A DNA stretch of 64,000 nt, taken from contig NC_086108.1 in the NCBI RefSeq assembly GCF_963921235.1, positions 104,100,001 through 104,164,000 of the forward strand, given 5' to 3'. The notes under the pieces were generated by a model. It made no database searches and had not been told where the DNA came from. It saw nothing but the letters and a program-made list of their open reading frames with translations. The DNA comes from Mobula hypostoma (lineage: Eukaryota). How positions within the stretch are numbered: position 1 is the stretch's first letter; every line of letters starts with the position of its first letter. Both the position numbers and the translations under genes were made by a program. This document shows, one piece after another, positions 49,553 through 64,000 of this stretch.

Positions 49553-52500
49553 CACCCTTGTCTAATGCCTCTCCTGATGCCATTCTGTCTAGGCCTTTTA
49601 ATATTCAATAGGTTTCAATGATATTCCCTCCTCGTTCTTCTGAGTACAGGCCCAGACCCATCAAAAGTCCACATCCTCAAGTCACGGTGCAGCTGTGTAA
49701 GTAAACACAAATGCACAGCTGGACCTTAGTGGTTTGAAAATGGATCACTCTATTTGTACACACACAATGATTGTTTTCTCTGTGTACAAGTGTATAGCTG
49801 TATACAAATAATTCGAGAGGTAGCCTGGGACCGATGCCACAAGGTTGCAGCTCCATAGATAGCAAAAAGTAGACAACAAGGTCTGAATCTACTGATATCT
49901 GTTCTCAACCACCATTGTTCTCACTTAGCTTGATCTAATACTGTAGCTTTGAGTTTTGATCTCAAGGAGTTGCTTGGACTTCCAATTAAAACAGACTTTT
50001 GTCTTATTCAACATGCCCATTATGTTCCTTGTATGTTTGGCTGATTGCCTGAGAATGTCTCATAGTGGTGTCACTTTTGTTCCAAAAGCCAGGAAATGTA
50101 GGAGGTGATAGCTGGAAAAGGCTAGAGAAAATGGCTGGAGAAGAAGGAACCTGAGGAAAATAGAGTGGACCATGGGAGGAAGAGGAGGAGGGGCACTGGG
50201 GAAGGTAATAGGGAGGTGAGGTAAGAGTTGGGCCAGAGTAGGTAAATGAAGAAGGGGGAAGGGGAGGAAGAAAAATAACCAGAATGTTCATTGTATCAGG
50301 TTGGGTTCTAACTAGAGGGAATACAAGTTGTTGCTGCTTCAACCTGAGAGGAGCTCAAGATTGCCTGAGTGCTCTCCATTCACATAGCTGTACGTTGTGA
50401 TTTCTAAGCTGATCATTTCTTACAAGTACTAGTACATCAATAGAAGTAGTTTGAAGGGTGGCTGTTGTATCAGTGGTTCCAATACATTCTCTGACATCTC
50501 TGTACTCCTTCACACACTTATTCACAAAGGAGCTTGAGGAATATTTAAAAGAAAAGCGGAATTATGCTGCAAAGACAGGGATAGAATTATGGGGCAGCGG
50601 TGCGATGGTCGGCAAGTTGGACTAAATTGATTGCTTTTTAAAGCTGGTATGCTTTCGATGGGCTGAATGGTAGCCTTCAGGGATTTAACAATTTTTCCAT
50701 TTCAGATTCCTGCCTCCTCCCAGATGATTGGAATAGAAACCCTGGTTATACTCTCAACTCTGTCCCTTTTGGAATGAGCAGACCTGTGTGAGGCTACTTT
50801 TTTACCCCAATATGATGTAACATCATTAAAACTTTCCATATCTAATTGAAGAAGTGGTATTATTAGTACACGAGGGCTATCTAAGTGACCATTCCCAGTG
50901 GTTCAATGGGTGCTGAGTGAGTTAGGGTCAACATGGACGTGAGCTGGACTGCTCATCCTCGGATAGCACAATGGTATATGTTATGGACTTGGACTTTTTG
51001 AATTACAGGTGGACATCAGGTCAGACAGCTGGCAAACAAAGTAGTCTTCTGCCTGAATTTTCAGGTGTGGTAACTAGAACCTTAGTAGAAATGCTCATGA
51101 AATAGAAAAGAATTGTGTATTTGGACCTTCGTTCGTCGTCCTCACAGTGGACCCTGAATGTTTGGGTATTGATGTATTTTTTTGGATACCGATAATAAAA
51201 AAAAATCGTAGGCTGAAGTCTTTCTTGCTGAATTGATATTACATTGTCCATCTGCAGAGCTGATGAACTGGCACTACCCTGAAACTTCAGCTCTCTTTTT
51301 GCTCTCTCCACAGATGTTGCTGGACCTGCTGAATATTTTCAGCATTTCCTGTTGTGATTTTAGATTTCCTGTGGTTTTGCTTCTTTTTCCTAACTTAATA
51401 TAGGGAAATGCGCTTTCTTTAGCACAGTCAGCTTAAGGGCACAATTAAAAGTATAGTGTTGCATTGTTTTCTTTATCATTTTTCTTGGATTAGCCTTTAG
51501 CTTATTTGTAATTGGGCAAAGTACAACATAGGCACAGCCAAAGGATCACAAATTATTCTGTGGTCAATGAAATAATCCTCCAGAGCTTGTTTCATCACAC
51601 CTGAATGACAAATAACCAATGAATCATCAATTTAGAATCAATTTATATTTGAAGAGTATATTGCTGTATAACAACCTTTCAAACAATTTATCACAGCGCA
51701 CTGAAGTGCATGCTATTTACAGTTTGGCTCTTTGGTCTCGGGTGACTATTTATATTTGAACTGAATGTTGAAACACCCGGAAATTGATATGGTACTGTTA
51801 GAATTGGTTTCAATAGTTATTACATTATACAGCTGAAGGAGTAACTCCAGTTTTAAAGCTACTTTTCTTGTGGGTGAGTCATGAAACTAAGGACCTATTT
51901 GTCCTCTTGGATGTATATTAAAGTTTCCTTGTTGTTTCATACACCAGAGGAGCTTTCCCCAATGTTTTGGCCAATGTTTATACATCAATCAACACCTGAT
52001 TTTGGATCTATCTATCACATCTAAATTGAAATAGTGAAATGTGTTGTTTGCACTAACGATGAACACAATCCAAGGATGTATTGGGGGCAATCTGCAAGAG
52101 TCACCACACATTTCAGTGCCAACATAGCATATCCATAGTGCTCAGCAGAACAACTCAAACAACAGTAAAACAAGCCCCTTTGCCATCCACTCACGTACAG
52201 ATTCCTTCTGTGGCTCCGACCTTCAGTCCTTGGCTCTAGACCCTCAGGCGTGTAGGCATCAGGCCTCCAACCCCTGGTCCCTGGCCCAGACATCAGGCCT
52301 TTGACTTCCGGACACGCTGACTCAGTGGCTTTGACCTCTGGACTTTCTGACTTCGGTCATTGACCTTTGGATTTTAAATCTCACAGTTGACCCCTGATAC
52401 CACTCTTAAAGGTTGCTGGTCCTGATTTTTATTCTTGATAGTTCTGGAAAACGTGAAGATAATGGATTGGAATGTCTCTGCCACTTCTAGGTTTCTACAT

Positions 52501-53647
52501 AAAGAGGCTGTTTCAGTGAAGTTCTTGAAAAGGGGATTGCAAGGACCATACTCCAATAAGGAGGGGGTGCCCTTGTAAAATAAGGAGCAAATTTATCAGG
52601 GATCAAGAGATCTCACATGTTGAATTTCTTCCCTAAAGATCACCTCCAGTGTCTCCCCTCCTTAAATTGTCTGTTAGGATGAAACTATTTAACTCTGCCC
52701 ATGTACCCTATTAATTGATTCCATGCTATGTTTTGTCTGACTGCATTCTTTTGACGCATTTTATTTAGTTAAACAGTCAAAATTGCATGCATTTTCTTCT
52801 TATCAAATTCTCAATTGTGTGTCATGATCTGTGTGGAAGTTTTATGCCAAATTCAACAAAGTACGTTGAATCCATTTTTCTAAGAAATAACGAGGCACCA
52901 ATGGAGCATGTATTGGGGCTACTAAGTTTGGAATGTAGCACGTTGGATATTGAGTTGTTCAGAGACACCAATTTAATCACACAATATTGCCTTTCATTGC
53001 AAGTAAATTCTTCTTTTGAGAAGCAGTTGTGGCTACAGGGACTTGAGCATCTGGCATTAATGTATATTTAACTCAACCAGATTTGATGAGGTGACATTTA
53101 AAACTAAGTTTTCCTGCTTGTTGGCTACCACAAATTTGGCAAGCTTTCCATAAAAGAGTTGACCTCCAGATAGTTTTTTCTTTCCCTTGCTACAGACTTC
53201 AACATTACAATGTGCTTTAAATTGTGCTGCAAGGTTCAGACATCTACATTTCGTGCTCTTGTTTCAGAGAGTAAATAGAAGCTTGGTCTTTATCCTCAGG
53301 TGAATGAAATATAAAGAGATGGAATTCTTGCATTTCTTTATTCTTGTCCAGACTTTTGAACAGAAATTACTATTGTAAAGCAGGAATCAGCAGTTATATT
53401 GTGCGCAGCAAGCTCTTGCAAATGACAGTGTAGTAAGGACCATGTAACTTGTATTTTGGGTGATGTCAAGTGATATTGATAGAACACAGAATAATACATC
53501 ACAGTACAAACCCCTTGGCCCACAATGTTGTGCTAACTTTTTAGCTTTAAGACCAGTCTAACCCTTCTGTTCTACATAGCCCTCATCTTCCTTTTGACCC
53601 AGAAAGAAGCCCTAGCTTGCTCATCCTCTCATCATAAGATATGCTAT

Positions 53648-55975
53648 AAGGATGGATTCCTGTCACAGTATGTGGACAGGCCGACCAGGGGGAATGCCAT
53701 ACTAGATCTAGTACTAGGTAATGAACCGGGTCAGGTCACAGATCTCTCAGTGGGTGAGCATCTGGGGGACAGTGACCACCGCTCCCTGGCCTTTATAATT
53801 ATCATGGAAAAGGATAGAATCAAAGAGGACAGGAAAATTTTTAATTGGGGAAAGGCAAATTATGAGGCTATAAGGCTAGAACTTGCGGGTGTGAATTGGG
53901 ACGATGTTTTTGCAGGGAAATGTACTATGGACATGTGGTTGATGTTTAGAGATCTCTTGTGGGATGTAAGGGATAAACTTGTCCCGGTGAGGAAGATAAA
54001 GAGTGGTAGGGTGAAGGAACCATGGGTGACAAGTGAGGTGGAAAATCTAGTCAGGTGGAGGAAGGCAGCATACATGAGGTTTAGGAAGCAAGGATCAGAT
54101 GGTTCTATTGAGGAATATAGGGAAGCAAGAAAGGAGCTTAAGAAGGGGCTGAGAAGAGCAAGAAGGGGGCATGAGAAGTCCTTGGCGAGTAGGGTAAAGG
54201 AAAACCCCAAGGCATTCTTCAATTATGTGAAGAAAAAAACGATGACAGGAGTGAAGGTAGGACCGATTAGAGATAAAGGTGGGAAGATGTGCCTGGAGGC
54301 TGTGGAAGTGAGCGAGGTCCTCAATGAATACTTCTCTTCGGTATTCACCAGTGAGAGGGAACTTGATGATGGTGAGGACAATATGAGTGAGGTTGATGTT
54401 CTGGAGCATGTTGATGTTAAGGGAGAGGAGGTGTTGGAGTTGTTAAAATACATTGGGACAGATGAGTCCCCGGGGCCTGACAGAATATTCCCCAGGCTGC
54501 TCCACGAGGCGAGAGAAGAGATTGCTGAGCCTCTGGCTAGGATCTTTATGTCCTCGTTGTCCATGGGAATGGTACCGGAGGATTGGAGGGAGGTGAATAT
54601 TGTTCCCTTGTTCAAAAAAGGTAGCAGGGATAGTCCGGGTAATTATAGACCAGTGAGCCTTACGTCTGTGGTGGGAAAGCTGTTGGAAAAGATTCTTAGA
54701 GATAGGATCTATAGGCATTTAGAGAATCCTGGTCTAATAAGGGACAGTCAGCATGGCTTTGTGAAGGGCAGATCGTGTCTAACAGGCCTGATAGAGTTCT
54801 TTGAGGAGGTGACCAGGCATATAGATGAGGGTAGTGATCTATATGGATTTTAGTAAGGCATTTGACAAGGTTCCACACGGTAGGCTTATTCAGAAAGTTA
54901 GAAGGCATGGGATCCACGGAAGTTTGGCCAGGTGGATTCAGAATTGGCTTGCCTGCAGAAGGCAGAGGGTTGGAGGATTGTGACTAGTGGTGTCCCACAA
55001 GGATCTGTTCTGGGACCTCTACTTTTCGTGATTTTTATTAACGACCTGGATGTGGGGGTAAAAGGGTGGGTTGGCAAGTTTGCAGATGACACAAATGTTG
55101 GTGGTGTGGTAGATAGTGTAGAGGATTGTCAAAGATTGCAGAGAGACATTGATAGGATGCAGAAGTGGGCTGAGAAGTGGCAGATGGAGTTCAACCCGGA
55201 GAAGTGTGAGGTGGTACACTTTGGAAGGACAAACTCCAAGGCAGAGTACAAAGTAAATGGCAGGATACTTGGTAGTGTGGAGGAGGAGAGGGATCTGGGG
55301 GTACATGTCCACAGATCCCTGAAAGCTGCCTCACAGGTGGATAGGGTAGTTAAGAAAGCTTATGGGGTGTTAGCTTTCATAAGTCGAGGGATAGAGTTTA
55401 AGAGTTGTGATGTAATGATGCAGCTCTATAAAACTCTGGTTAGGCCACACTTGGAGTACTATGTCCAGTTCTGGTCACCTCACTATAGGAAGGATGTGGA
55501 AGCATTGGAAAGGGTACAGAGGAGATTTACCAGGATGCTGCCTGGTTTAGAAAGTATGCATTATGATCAGAGATTAAGGGAGCTAGGGCTTTACTCTGGA
55601 GAGAAGGAGGATGAGAGGAGACATGATAGAGGTGTACAAGATAATAAGAGGAATAGATAGAGTGGATAGCCAGCGCCTCTTCCCCAGGGCACCACTGCTC
55701 AATACAAGAGGACATGGCTTTAAGGTAAGGGGTGGGAAGTTCAAGGGGGATATTAGAGGAAGGTTTTTTACTCAGAGAGTGGTTGGTGCGTGGAATGCAC
55801 TGCCTGAGTCAGTGGTGGAGGCAGATACACTAGTGAAGTTTAAGAGACTACTAGACAGGTATATGGAGGAATCTAAGGTGCGGCTTATATGGGAGGCAGG
55901 GTTTGAGGGTTGGCACAACATTGTGGGCCGAAGGGCCTGTACTGTGCTATACTATTCTATGTTCTATGTGCTATG
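53648..55975 (+). mobile_element. CR1 LINE of a second subfamily, 5'-truncated, with several indels
   Basis: ORFs 53594-54853, 54932-55660 and 55611-56003 carry RT motifs (YRPVSLTS, GVPQGSVLGP, KFADDT); (TTCTATG)n tail. Confidence 0.9.
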
Positions 55976-57804
55976 TTCTTCAATCCAGTTATCATCCTGG
56001 TAAATTTCCTCTGCATTCTTTCAAAGCTTCCACATACATCCTATAATGAGGTAATCGGAACTGAGCTCTCTACTGCAAGTGTTGTCTAACCAGTGCTTCA
56101 TAGAGCTACAACATTACCTCTTGAACTCAACCACCTATCAACTTGTGCAGCAACTTTCAGTGATCTTATGGATGCTTTAGTGGCCGGCATTTTAAAATGA
56201 ATTCCTCTTGTTTTCACAAAAGGGCTATTGAATCTTTTACAGTCATCTGAGAGAGCAGGCTTTGGGTTAAAGAGTCATTTAAAAATACTGCCACCACCAT
56301 CAGTGTAATTTACCCTTCCTGTTGCTGTAGAATTTTTTATTGAAGGGTACTAGAAGTCACAACTTTTAAAAAAAAAAGCCCATTTCCTCTTTACCATCCT
56401 CTCTCCCTCCTTCCCAACCACCTTCATACGCGGACAACTGCACAACAGGCCTTCAGGCCTCCTGGCTTCAACTGTTGGACTGTGAATTCATGAATTCCAG
56501 ACTTCTGATCGTCTTCAGACCGTCATCTTTGATATCGACTCCTGGACTAGCTGATGACGCGATCCTGTTCCTTAAACTCTGAGCATGCCGATTGACTGGC
56601 CCTTATGTTTGCACTGACAGCCCTTGGTTTATTAGATCAATAGCTAGAGGTGCTATACTGGACTACCACAGTTTTTTAGTTTACGGAGTCCCACTTTCCC
56701 CAGAATTTTGGATTTATACATGCACTATTTAAATCTTTAAAAAAAAATACGTCCCAAAGTTGAAGTGAGCTATGGCTTTTCATTTTGGAGTGAAGGAGAA
56801 TGAAAGGTTATTTGATAGAAGTGAATAAGATAAGAGGCATGGATAGCCAGTGCCTTCTATCCCCAGAGTGGCAATGGCCAATATCATAGGGCATCCTTTT
56901 AAGGTGAGCGGTGAAAAGTATAGGGAAGATATCAGAGGTAGCTTTTTTTTTTAATGCACTGCCAGGGATGATGGTAGAGGCAGAATCTTGGGGACATTTA
57001 GGAGAATCTTAGATGGGCATGTGGATGAAAGGGGGGAAAAAGTGGAGGGTTGTGGGCTCTGTAGAAGGGAAAGGTTAAATTGATTGTGGAGTAGGTTAAA
57101 TGGGTGGCAAAACATTGTGAGTTGAAGGGCCTGAACTGTTCTGTGGTCTAAATTTCAGTGACTTCTGGTTTAGATGGTACTAGACTAACTTCTGTCAAGA
57201 TATTAAAACCCTGCAATTTAAATTCATTGAAGGACTGAGGGAATTTGATGATTGGTGGGTCACTAAACAGAATTAAGTGTGAGAATCCCATGACATAATT
57301 CAGTAACTGATTTTTTTCCCCCCTTTTTAAAATATGGAGTTAGTTGGTTGACATTTTGTTTATGTAACCAGCAATGCCATCACTCGAGTCAAATATGATC
57401 TCTTATAGGGTTGTCAGTTGGTGGGTCCTCAGGTGGCTGTAGAGGCCTATATAGGATGCACATATTCTGGTACAGTGTGGGCAAGAGTAAGTGGTGGTTG
57501 TATTAAGTGGTTGTGGTTTTTAGTTGTTCAGTCTCTCCTTTTGCACCCACCACTTGTTCTCTGCAGAATCACGGCGGATGCTCTCGTAGCACAGCTCCCT
57601 CTTGAACAGATTAACAAGTAGAGCACTTTCAGGCATTTAAAATACACGTTAGATTCCTTTCCTTGGTAGATTGCGTATCTGAACATGTAGAAGCAAATAC
57701 CGTGCCTCAAACAGCAACAGCCTCATTTTTTTTGAATCCTTAGAGCTTGCTATCGAAATCAGAATCAGGTTTTGTATCAATGGCATAAGTTGTGAAAAGG
57801 GCCC

Positions 57805-59216
57805 GAAGCAAAAATTTGGGCACCCTGCATGGTCAGTACTTAGTAATACCCCCTTTGGCAAGTATCACAGCTTGTTATCGCTTTCTGTAGCTAGCTAAGA
57901 GCCTTTCAATTCTTGTTTGGGGGATTTCCACCTATTCTTCCTTGCAAAAGGCTTCTAATTCTGTGAGATTCTTGGGCCGTCTTGCGTGCACTGCTCTTTT
58001 GAGGTCTATCCACAGATTTTTGATGATGTTTAGGTCGGGGGACTATGAGGGCCATGGCAAAACCTTCAGCTTGCGCCTCTTGAGGTAGTCCATTGTGATT
58101 TTGAGGTGTGTTTAGGATCAGTATCCTGTTGTAGAAGCCATCCTCTTTTCATCGTCAGCTTTTTTTTTACAGACGGTGTGATGTTTGGTTCCAGAATTTG
58201 CTGGTATTTAATTGAATTCATTCTTCGCTCTACCAGTGAAATGTTCCCTGTGCCACTGGCTGCAACACAAGCCCAAAGCATGATCGATCCACCCCCGTGC
58301 TTAACAGTTGGAGAGGTGTTCTTTTCATGAAATTCTGCACCCTTTTTTCTCCAAACATACCTTTGCTCATTGCAGCCAAAAAGTTCTATCTTAACTTCAT
58401 CAGTCCACAGGACTTGTTTCCAAAATGCATCAGGCTTGTTTAGATGTTCCCTTGCAAACTCCTGACGCTGAGTTTTGTGGTGAGGATGCAGGAAAGGTTT
58501 TCTTCTGATGACTCTTCCACGAAGGTCATATTTGTGCAGGTATTGCTGCACAGTAGAACAGTGCCCCCCCCCCCACTCCAGAGTCTGCTAAATCTTCCTG
58601 AAGGTCTTTTGCAGTCAAACGGATGTTTTGGTTTGCCTTTCTAGCAATCCTACGAGCAGTTCTCTTGGTTTTCCAGACTTCTACTTGACCTCCACAGTTC
58701 CTGTTAACTTGCCATTTCTTAATTACATTACGAACTGAGGAAACGGCTACCTGAAAATGCTTTGCTATCTTCTTATAGCCTTCTGCTTTGTGGACGTCAT
58801 TTATTTTAATTTTCAGAGTGCTAGGCAGCTGCTTTGAAGAGCCCAAGGCTGCTGATTGTTGTGACAAGATTTGAGGAGTCAGGGTATTTATAAAGCTTTG
58901 AAATTTGCGTCACCTGCCCTTTCTTAACAATAACTGTGAACAAGCCATAGCCCTAACAAGCTAATTAAGGTCTGAGACCTTGGTAGAAGTTACCTGAGAG
59001 CTCAAATCTCTTGGGGTGCTCAAACTTTTGCATGGTGCTCCTTTCCTTTTTTTCACTCTAAAATTGTACAAAAAAAACACACTAATCTTGCTTAAAATGT
59101 TGAAAAGAATGTTTCATCTTTAACTTTGACTTTTGGAGATCAGTTCATCTTCTACTCATTTAACTATTCAGAGTAACAGAAATTTTGACCAGGAGTGCCT
59201 AAACTTTTGCATGCCA

Positions 59217-59219
<3 letters not shown>
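57805..59219 (-). mobile_element. Tc1/mariner DNA transposon with decayed DD34E transposase
   Basis: GYKKIAKHF.V..SSVRNVIKKW; FWKQVLWTDEVKIELFG...PTVKHGGGSIMLWAC...LQQDTDPKHTSK. Repeated terminal motif GCAAAA(A/G)TTT(G/A)(G/A)GCAC near 57810, 59020 and 59200 (IR/DR type), next to (GT)n. Confidence 0.85.

Positions 59220-59256
<37 letters not shown>
59220..59256. repeat. (GT)n microsatellite
   Basis: About 18 consecutive TG units. Confidence 0.95.
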
Positions 59257-59260
<4 letters not shown>

Positions 59261-61229
59261 TTTTTTTCCAGAACGGACAATAAATCCATGTACACTACCT
59301 CACTATCATAGTGCAAAAAGAGGGCAAAGAAAAATAGTGAGGTAGTGTACATGGATTTATTGTCCGTTCTGAAATCTAATAGTGGAAGGAAAGAAGCTAT
59401 TCATGAATTGTTGAGTGTGTCTCTTCAGGCCGCCTTAATGGTCGCAGTGAGACGAGGGCATGTCCTGGGTGAAGGGGGTCCTTAATGATAGATGCTGCTA
59501 TTCCATATTCTTACAAATGATTAAAATTGATTCTGGTGATCAGGGTAGCAATGCCAATAGGTAATTTTTGCACTAACAATCCAGCTGTTCTGCTGTAGCC
59601 GTATCAAATATAAACACATGAAAAAATAAGGGGCAGTTGTAGAAGTCTGAGCTTACTCCACTGATCCTCCACAAATCCGTATTTCTGTCCAGTTCTCATA
59701 TCTGGACCTCAGCTGAGCCTCAACAGTGAGCACTGCACATGAAATCCCAAGTGCTTTCAAATGCAACATTTCAGTATTAAGAAATTCAGTCACCAAAAGA
59801 AATGGATTTATTTATCTTAAAGCAAACTCAATGGCTCAATTTGCAAGAAATCCATGGTGCCGAGTCATGTGAATAGATCATTTATTTACAAACTGGCTAG
59901 CAATCAGAAAGGAGCCACCTACCAGTTAGTGGATAAACAGGAAATGCCGCTACTTGCAATATATGCTGGTGTAGATCACATATTGCCTTAGGACAAATTA
60001 CATCTTATCCTGTTATTCAGCTGTTTTGAATAGTTGGTTTGGACCTTCTGGACCGGAAAGTGTGTCCTAGGTGTTGTGAAAAGCGAGGGAAGGAATAGCA
60101 GCTTCACATTCATTTATGTTTGACATGCACATCAAAACATGGGTTAACAACCAACACAGTCAAAAATTGTGCTAGGCTGCCACATATTCTGGTGACAACA
60201 TAGCATGCCCATGACGTTCAGCACAAAAGCCACAATATTATTTTGTGGTTTTGTTGTGTTCTGTGTTGTTCTGCCAGGCATGCTAGGTTGGAGGCAAAAT
60301 TCCTACACCAACCTATGAGCCTCTGCTTTAAATATGCCCAATCACGCCCTCTACAGTCATCAGTGGCAATGAATTACAAAGGTTCATCACCTATAAATTT
60401 GCTTAAGGATTTGATGGAACAATAGGGAGGAGAAGACGGCGGCGTGATGCAGCTCGCAGCGGCCTCTCTGGTGAATAATATCTGTTACCTGTCAAGTAGG
60501 GTGCAGTGCACAATCCTGATTTCATGGAGACAGATGTGAGAGCACGGAGGAACATCTGGTGAAACTTCTGAAATGCCTGTTTCGCTGCCTCTTCTACTGT
60601 GTGATCCAGAATCTCTGGAGGGGAAGACCCCGAGTCCTCGGCTTTGCTTGTTGCTCGGCGGCTGGGGTTGAAGCACTCGGCAGAGATGGTGCTCGGTATC
60701 GGAGGGCTGGTCAGAGGCTCGAAGTTTTTAGGCGGACTCAGTCGGCTGCAGTCGGGTGCTTCCAATGCATCGGCAAGTTTGCGGCGCTTCCGTCTGCGTG
60801 AGATGATGGGGCTATTAGGACTTGAGACTTTTTTTTTACTGTGCCCATGGTCTGCTCTTTATCAAATTACGGTATTGCTTTGCACTGTTGTAACTATATG
60901 TTATAATTATGTGGTTTTGTCAGTTTTAGTCTTGGTTTGTCCTGTGTTTCTGTGATATCTTTCTGGAGGAACATTGTATTGTTTAATGCATGCATTTCTA
61001 AGTGACAATAAATGAGGACTGAGTGTCCTCATAATCTTAAAAAAAATAGTTAAATTATTGGTATAGTAGGAATCCAGAGGACAGTGCTAATGATTTGGAG
61101 ATGAATCTTGCTGTCCTTAAAATAGGGAGCTAGTGTAAGTGACAGTGGAAAATATTGTAAAATTACAATCTAGTTTACATATATTTGGACCATGTTGACT
61201 CCCAGAACCACAACTTTAGGATAGGAGAC

Positions 61230-61935
61230 ATCAGGATAATTGCCTCCTGGGTGCCAGGTACTGGAACAATTACGCAACAACAAAACGTTCTCAAGAAGGG
61301 AGGATGAGCAGTTGGAGGTCATGGTACATATTGGCACCAATGACATGGGTAGTTGGGGGGAGGTCCAGATCCTGTGCAGTGGATACAAGGAGTTAGGAAA
61401 AAAGCTGAAATGCTGTATCTCGAAGTTAGTAATCTCTGGATTACTCCCACAAGCTAAGGCAGGAATAGAAAGATAGAACTGATGAATGTCTTTGAGGAAC
61501 TGGTACAGGAGGCAGGGTTTCAGGTTATTGGATCATTGCGGCCTCTTCTGAGGTTTGGATGACCAACAAAAGTGATGGGTTGAACCTTAATTGGAGGAAA
61601 CTAATATCTTGGCCAGGAGGTTTGCTAGTGCTATGAGCACACCTCCTAATTTAAATAATTTTAGTGAGTGTTGGGATATAGAGCATAGCTTAGAAAGTGG
61701 AGAATCGCGTAGAAGGTAGATGTTATGACCAATAAGAACAGGAAGGAACAAGGTTACAGATATGGGGCAGATAATTTAAAGTGTGACTATTTTTAATGCT
61801 AGGTGTATTATGGGAAATGGTGTTGAACTTGGAGCATGGATCAGTATGCAGAACTATGATGTTGTGGCCATAATAGAGACTGGTGAGAAAGGAAATGATA
61901 TGGATGCTTAATGTTCCAGGGTTTCGCTGTTTTAG
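61230..61935 (+). mobile_element. Old CR1 remnant (ORF1 esterase to ORF2 start)
   Basis: EQLEVMVHIGTNDMG...YKELGKKLK..ISKLVISGLLP; W.LNVPGFRCFRK. Confidence 0.65.
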
Positions 61936-62919
61936 AAAAGAATATGCCTCAATTCCCCTTGAGAACCAAGGTTCCCTAAACTATGGGCATGATGGTTACA
62001 TATTAGAGTACAAGACTGGTGGTTCTGAATTATTTGGAGACATTTTGATTTTGGAGAAAGAAAATTGCAAGTTTAAAGTAAATTTATTATCCAAGTACAC
62101 ACATTACTATATACTACCCTGAGATTCATTTACTTGCAGGCATTTATAGGGAAAAATAAATTGATATGATAGAATTTTACAAAAAACTGTACACAAAGAC
62201 TGACAAACGCCAGAGCAAAAGAAGACAAACTGCAAATAAAAGTAATACTGAGAACATGAGTTGTAAAGAGTCCTTGAAAGTGAGTCTGTAGATTGCAGAA
62301 TCAGTTCAGAGTTGAGTGTAGTTATTCATGCCAGTTCAGGAGTCTGATGTTGTAGGCTAATAACTAATCCTGAACCTGGTGGTGTGGGACCTTGAGGCTT
62401 AAAGATTTGAGCCCAGTCAAAGCTGACTGCTCTCTAATACAGGAATTGGGGATGCTGTGGTATTGTGGCTTTAGATGAAATGCCAAACTAAAGCCTCTTT
62501 TGCACCCTTGGAGGGTCGTTAAAAATATCCTACAGCAATATTCTGTGGAAGCATCTTGAGTTTTTCCTCTGGTGTCTTGGTGTCAGGAATCCCTTTAAGG
62601 GTCAGAGAATCACAGGATATTCCATAAAGAAGAATTGATACTAAGCTGCTCTCTGCTGAGTAGAGTTGACAGTTTCTATGGAAGTGTAATGTAGAGGAAG
62701 CTCTTGTGTGGTGAACAGATTAGAAGTACTGATAGATGATCAGCCCTAAATATTTCAACACCGCTGTTCCAGCACTTTAATGGAGTGCTGAATTTTGAGA
62801 AGTGCCTATTCTTAGAAGATGTCTATGCAGAGCTTGGGCTGTGTTCTGTTCCTGAGTTCTGCGTGTAAACTGATTTCTCTGTATGTCAGAAGTGGTCATT
62901 TTCTGAGACTGCAGTTGTC

Positions 62920-63225
62920 ATGCCTGCTCATACCACTGGACCAGGACTTCTGAGGTGCAGAGTGGAACTACCCTACTGGCAACTAGAAGATGTTGGAAAT
63001 GGCCCAGTGGCCGTGGCTTTTCCCACATTGAAAACTCTCCTGCACAAGTTTGGCTTATCATCAGATATGACGGATTTGGAAGTAGTGAAAAGACGAAGGT
63101 TAACTATGTCCAGGCAAGCATACATTCAGATAGGGCACACACAACCCGGGCAAGAAAGGTCTTTAAAGAGCATGACTTCACTTTGCATAGCAGGTTTCAG
63201 AAGCCATTTTGTTTATGGAGATGAG
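62920..63225 (+). CDS. Candidate alternative first coding exon (102 codons, phase-0 donor)
   Basis: Non-repetitive ORF from an ATG to a strong donor GAG|GTAAGA in the same phase as GIPC exon 1. No recognisable homology. Confidence 0.3.
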
Positions 63226-64000
63226 GTAAGAATGTAACAGAAGGATGCAAAACGTGTCAACTAAGGGACAATTGCTTTAACTAACTGTAAATATAGTGGT
63301 TCTGCAAGTTACAAATGACCTGACTTACTGAAATATGAAATCTGATAAAGTATCTTGGGTTATTAGCTTGTAATTTCTATTGACTTTTAACACCTGTATT
63401 ATGAATGACAATGGATCTTGCAAATAAGGAATTTGAACATTCACACGTTACCAAATGGTCAACATCTGTAACTTTGGTCAGTTTTGTATAAAAATGGCAT
63501 TTCCATGTTCAGACTTGAGAACAGTGTGGTGACAAGGGCTGGGCTATTCTTGTGTGCAGGTAAAATTCAGGATTCATGATTATTTAATGTCATTTCCAGT
63601 ACACGTCTAAAAGAGAAAATAATTGTTACTCCAGATCTGAAGCAGCACAAAAAGCACAAATTAAGATAAAGAACATAATAACAAAAACACAATAACTAAA
63701 GTACATACAATGTATACAAGTTGACACTCGGCAGAGGAGCTGACTGACAGGAAATGGTGTGGTGGTGGGTGTGTGAAGGGGTGGGTTAGTGGTGTGGGAC
63801 AAACAGTCCATGAACAGGGTTGTCGGAGTCCAGTTAATCAGCGATGCATAAGCAATCAATCATCATTTCATTAAATAATCTCCTTATACTAGCACTAATT
63901 AAACTAATTGAATATGTACTGTATCTATCATGAATGAAATATCTTAGTATTGTTGGCTTGAAAAATATTTTTAAAATAAATGGGAAAATTTAAGTAAAGT

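Noticed and set aside
9321..64000. GIPC exon 2 ((I/V)xFCTLNTHKVDMxKLLGGQIGLEDFIFAH)
   Set aside because: Not found in the ORF track or by eye. It probably lies beyond the window, though a short exon could have been missed.

Overview
Vertebrate genomic DNA, most likely from a cartilaginous fish (ray/shark-type repeat families; this is an inference). The only clear host-gene feature is the CpG-rich promoter and first coding exon of a GIPC-family PDZ adaptor (probably GIPC2; 9036-9320, +). It is followed by a very long, transposon-filled first intron, and I did not recognise exon 2 in the window. A possible alternative first coding exon lies at 62920-63225. The repeats include CR1, Rex1/Babar, RTE, Hero-like, Ingi/Vingi and Penelope-like (PLE) retroelements, two solo LTRs, V-SINEs, a Helitron and Tc1. 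Main observations: (1) the 5' end of an apparently full-length Vingi-like LINE folds as a compact HDV-like ribozyme closely resembling the mammalian CPEB3 ribozyme (17401-17454, minus); (2) PLE-derived mini-elements carry minimal hammerhead ribozymes and insert as fold-back palindromes with 13-14 bp target-site duplications, and one insertion starts at the predicted self-cleavage site; (3) a 33-bp minisatellite just after GIPC exon 1 has one G-quadruplex motif per unit; (4) two near-identical inverted CR1 copies share the same frameshift. Boundaries of decayed repeats are approximate and were read by eye.
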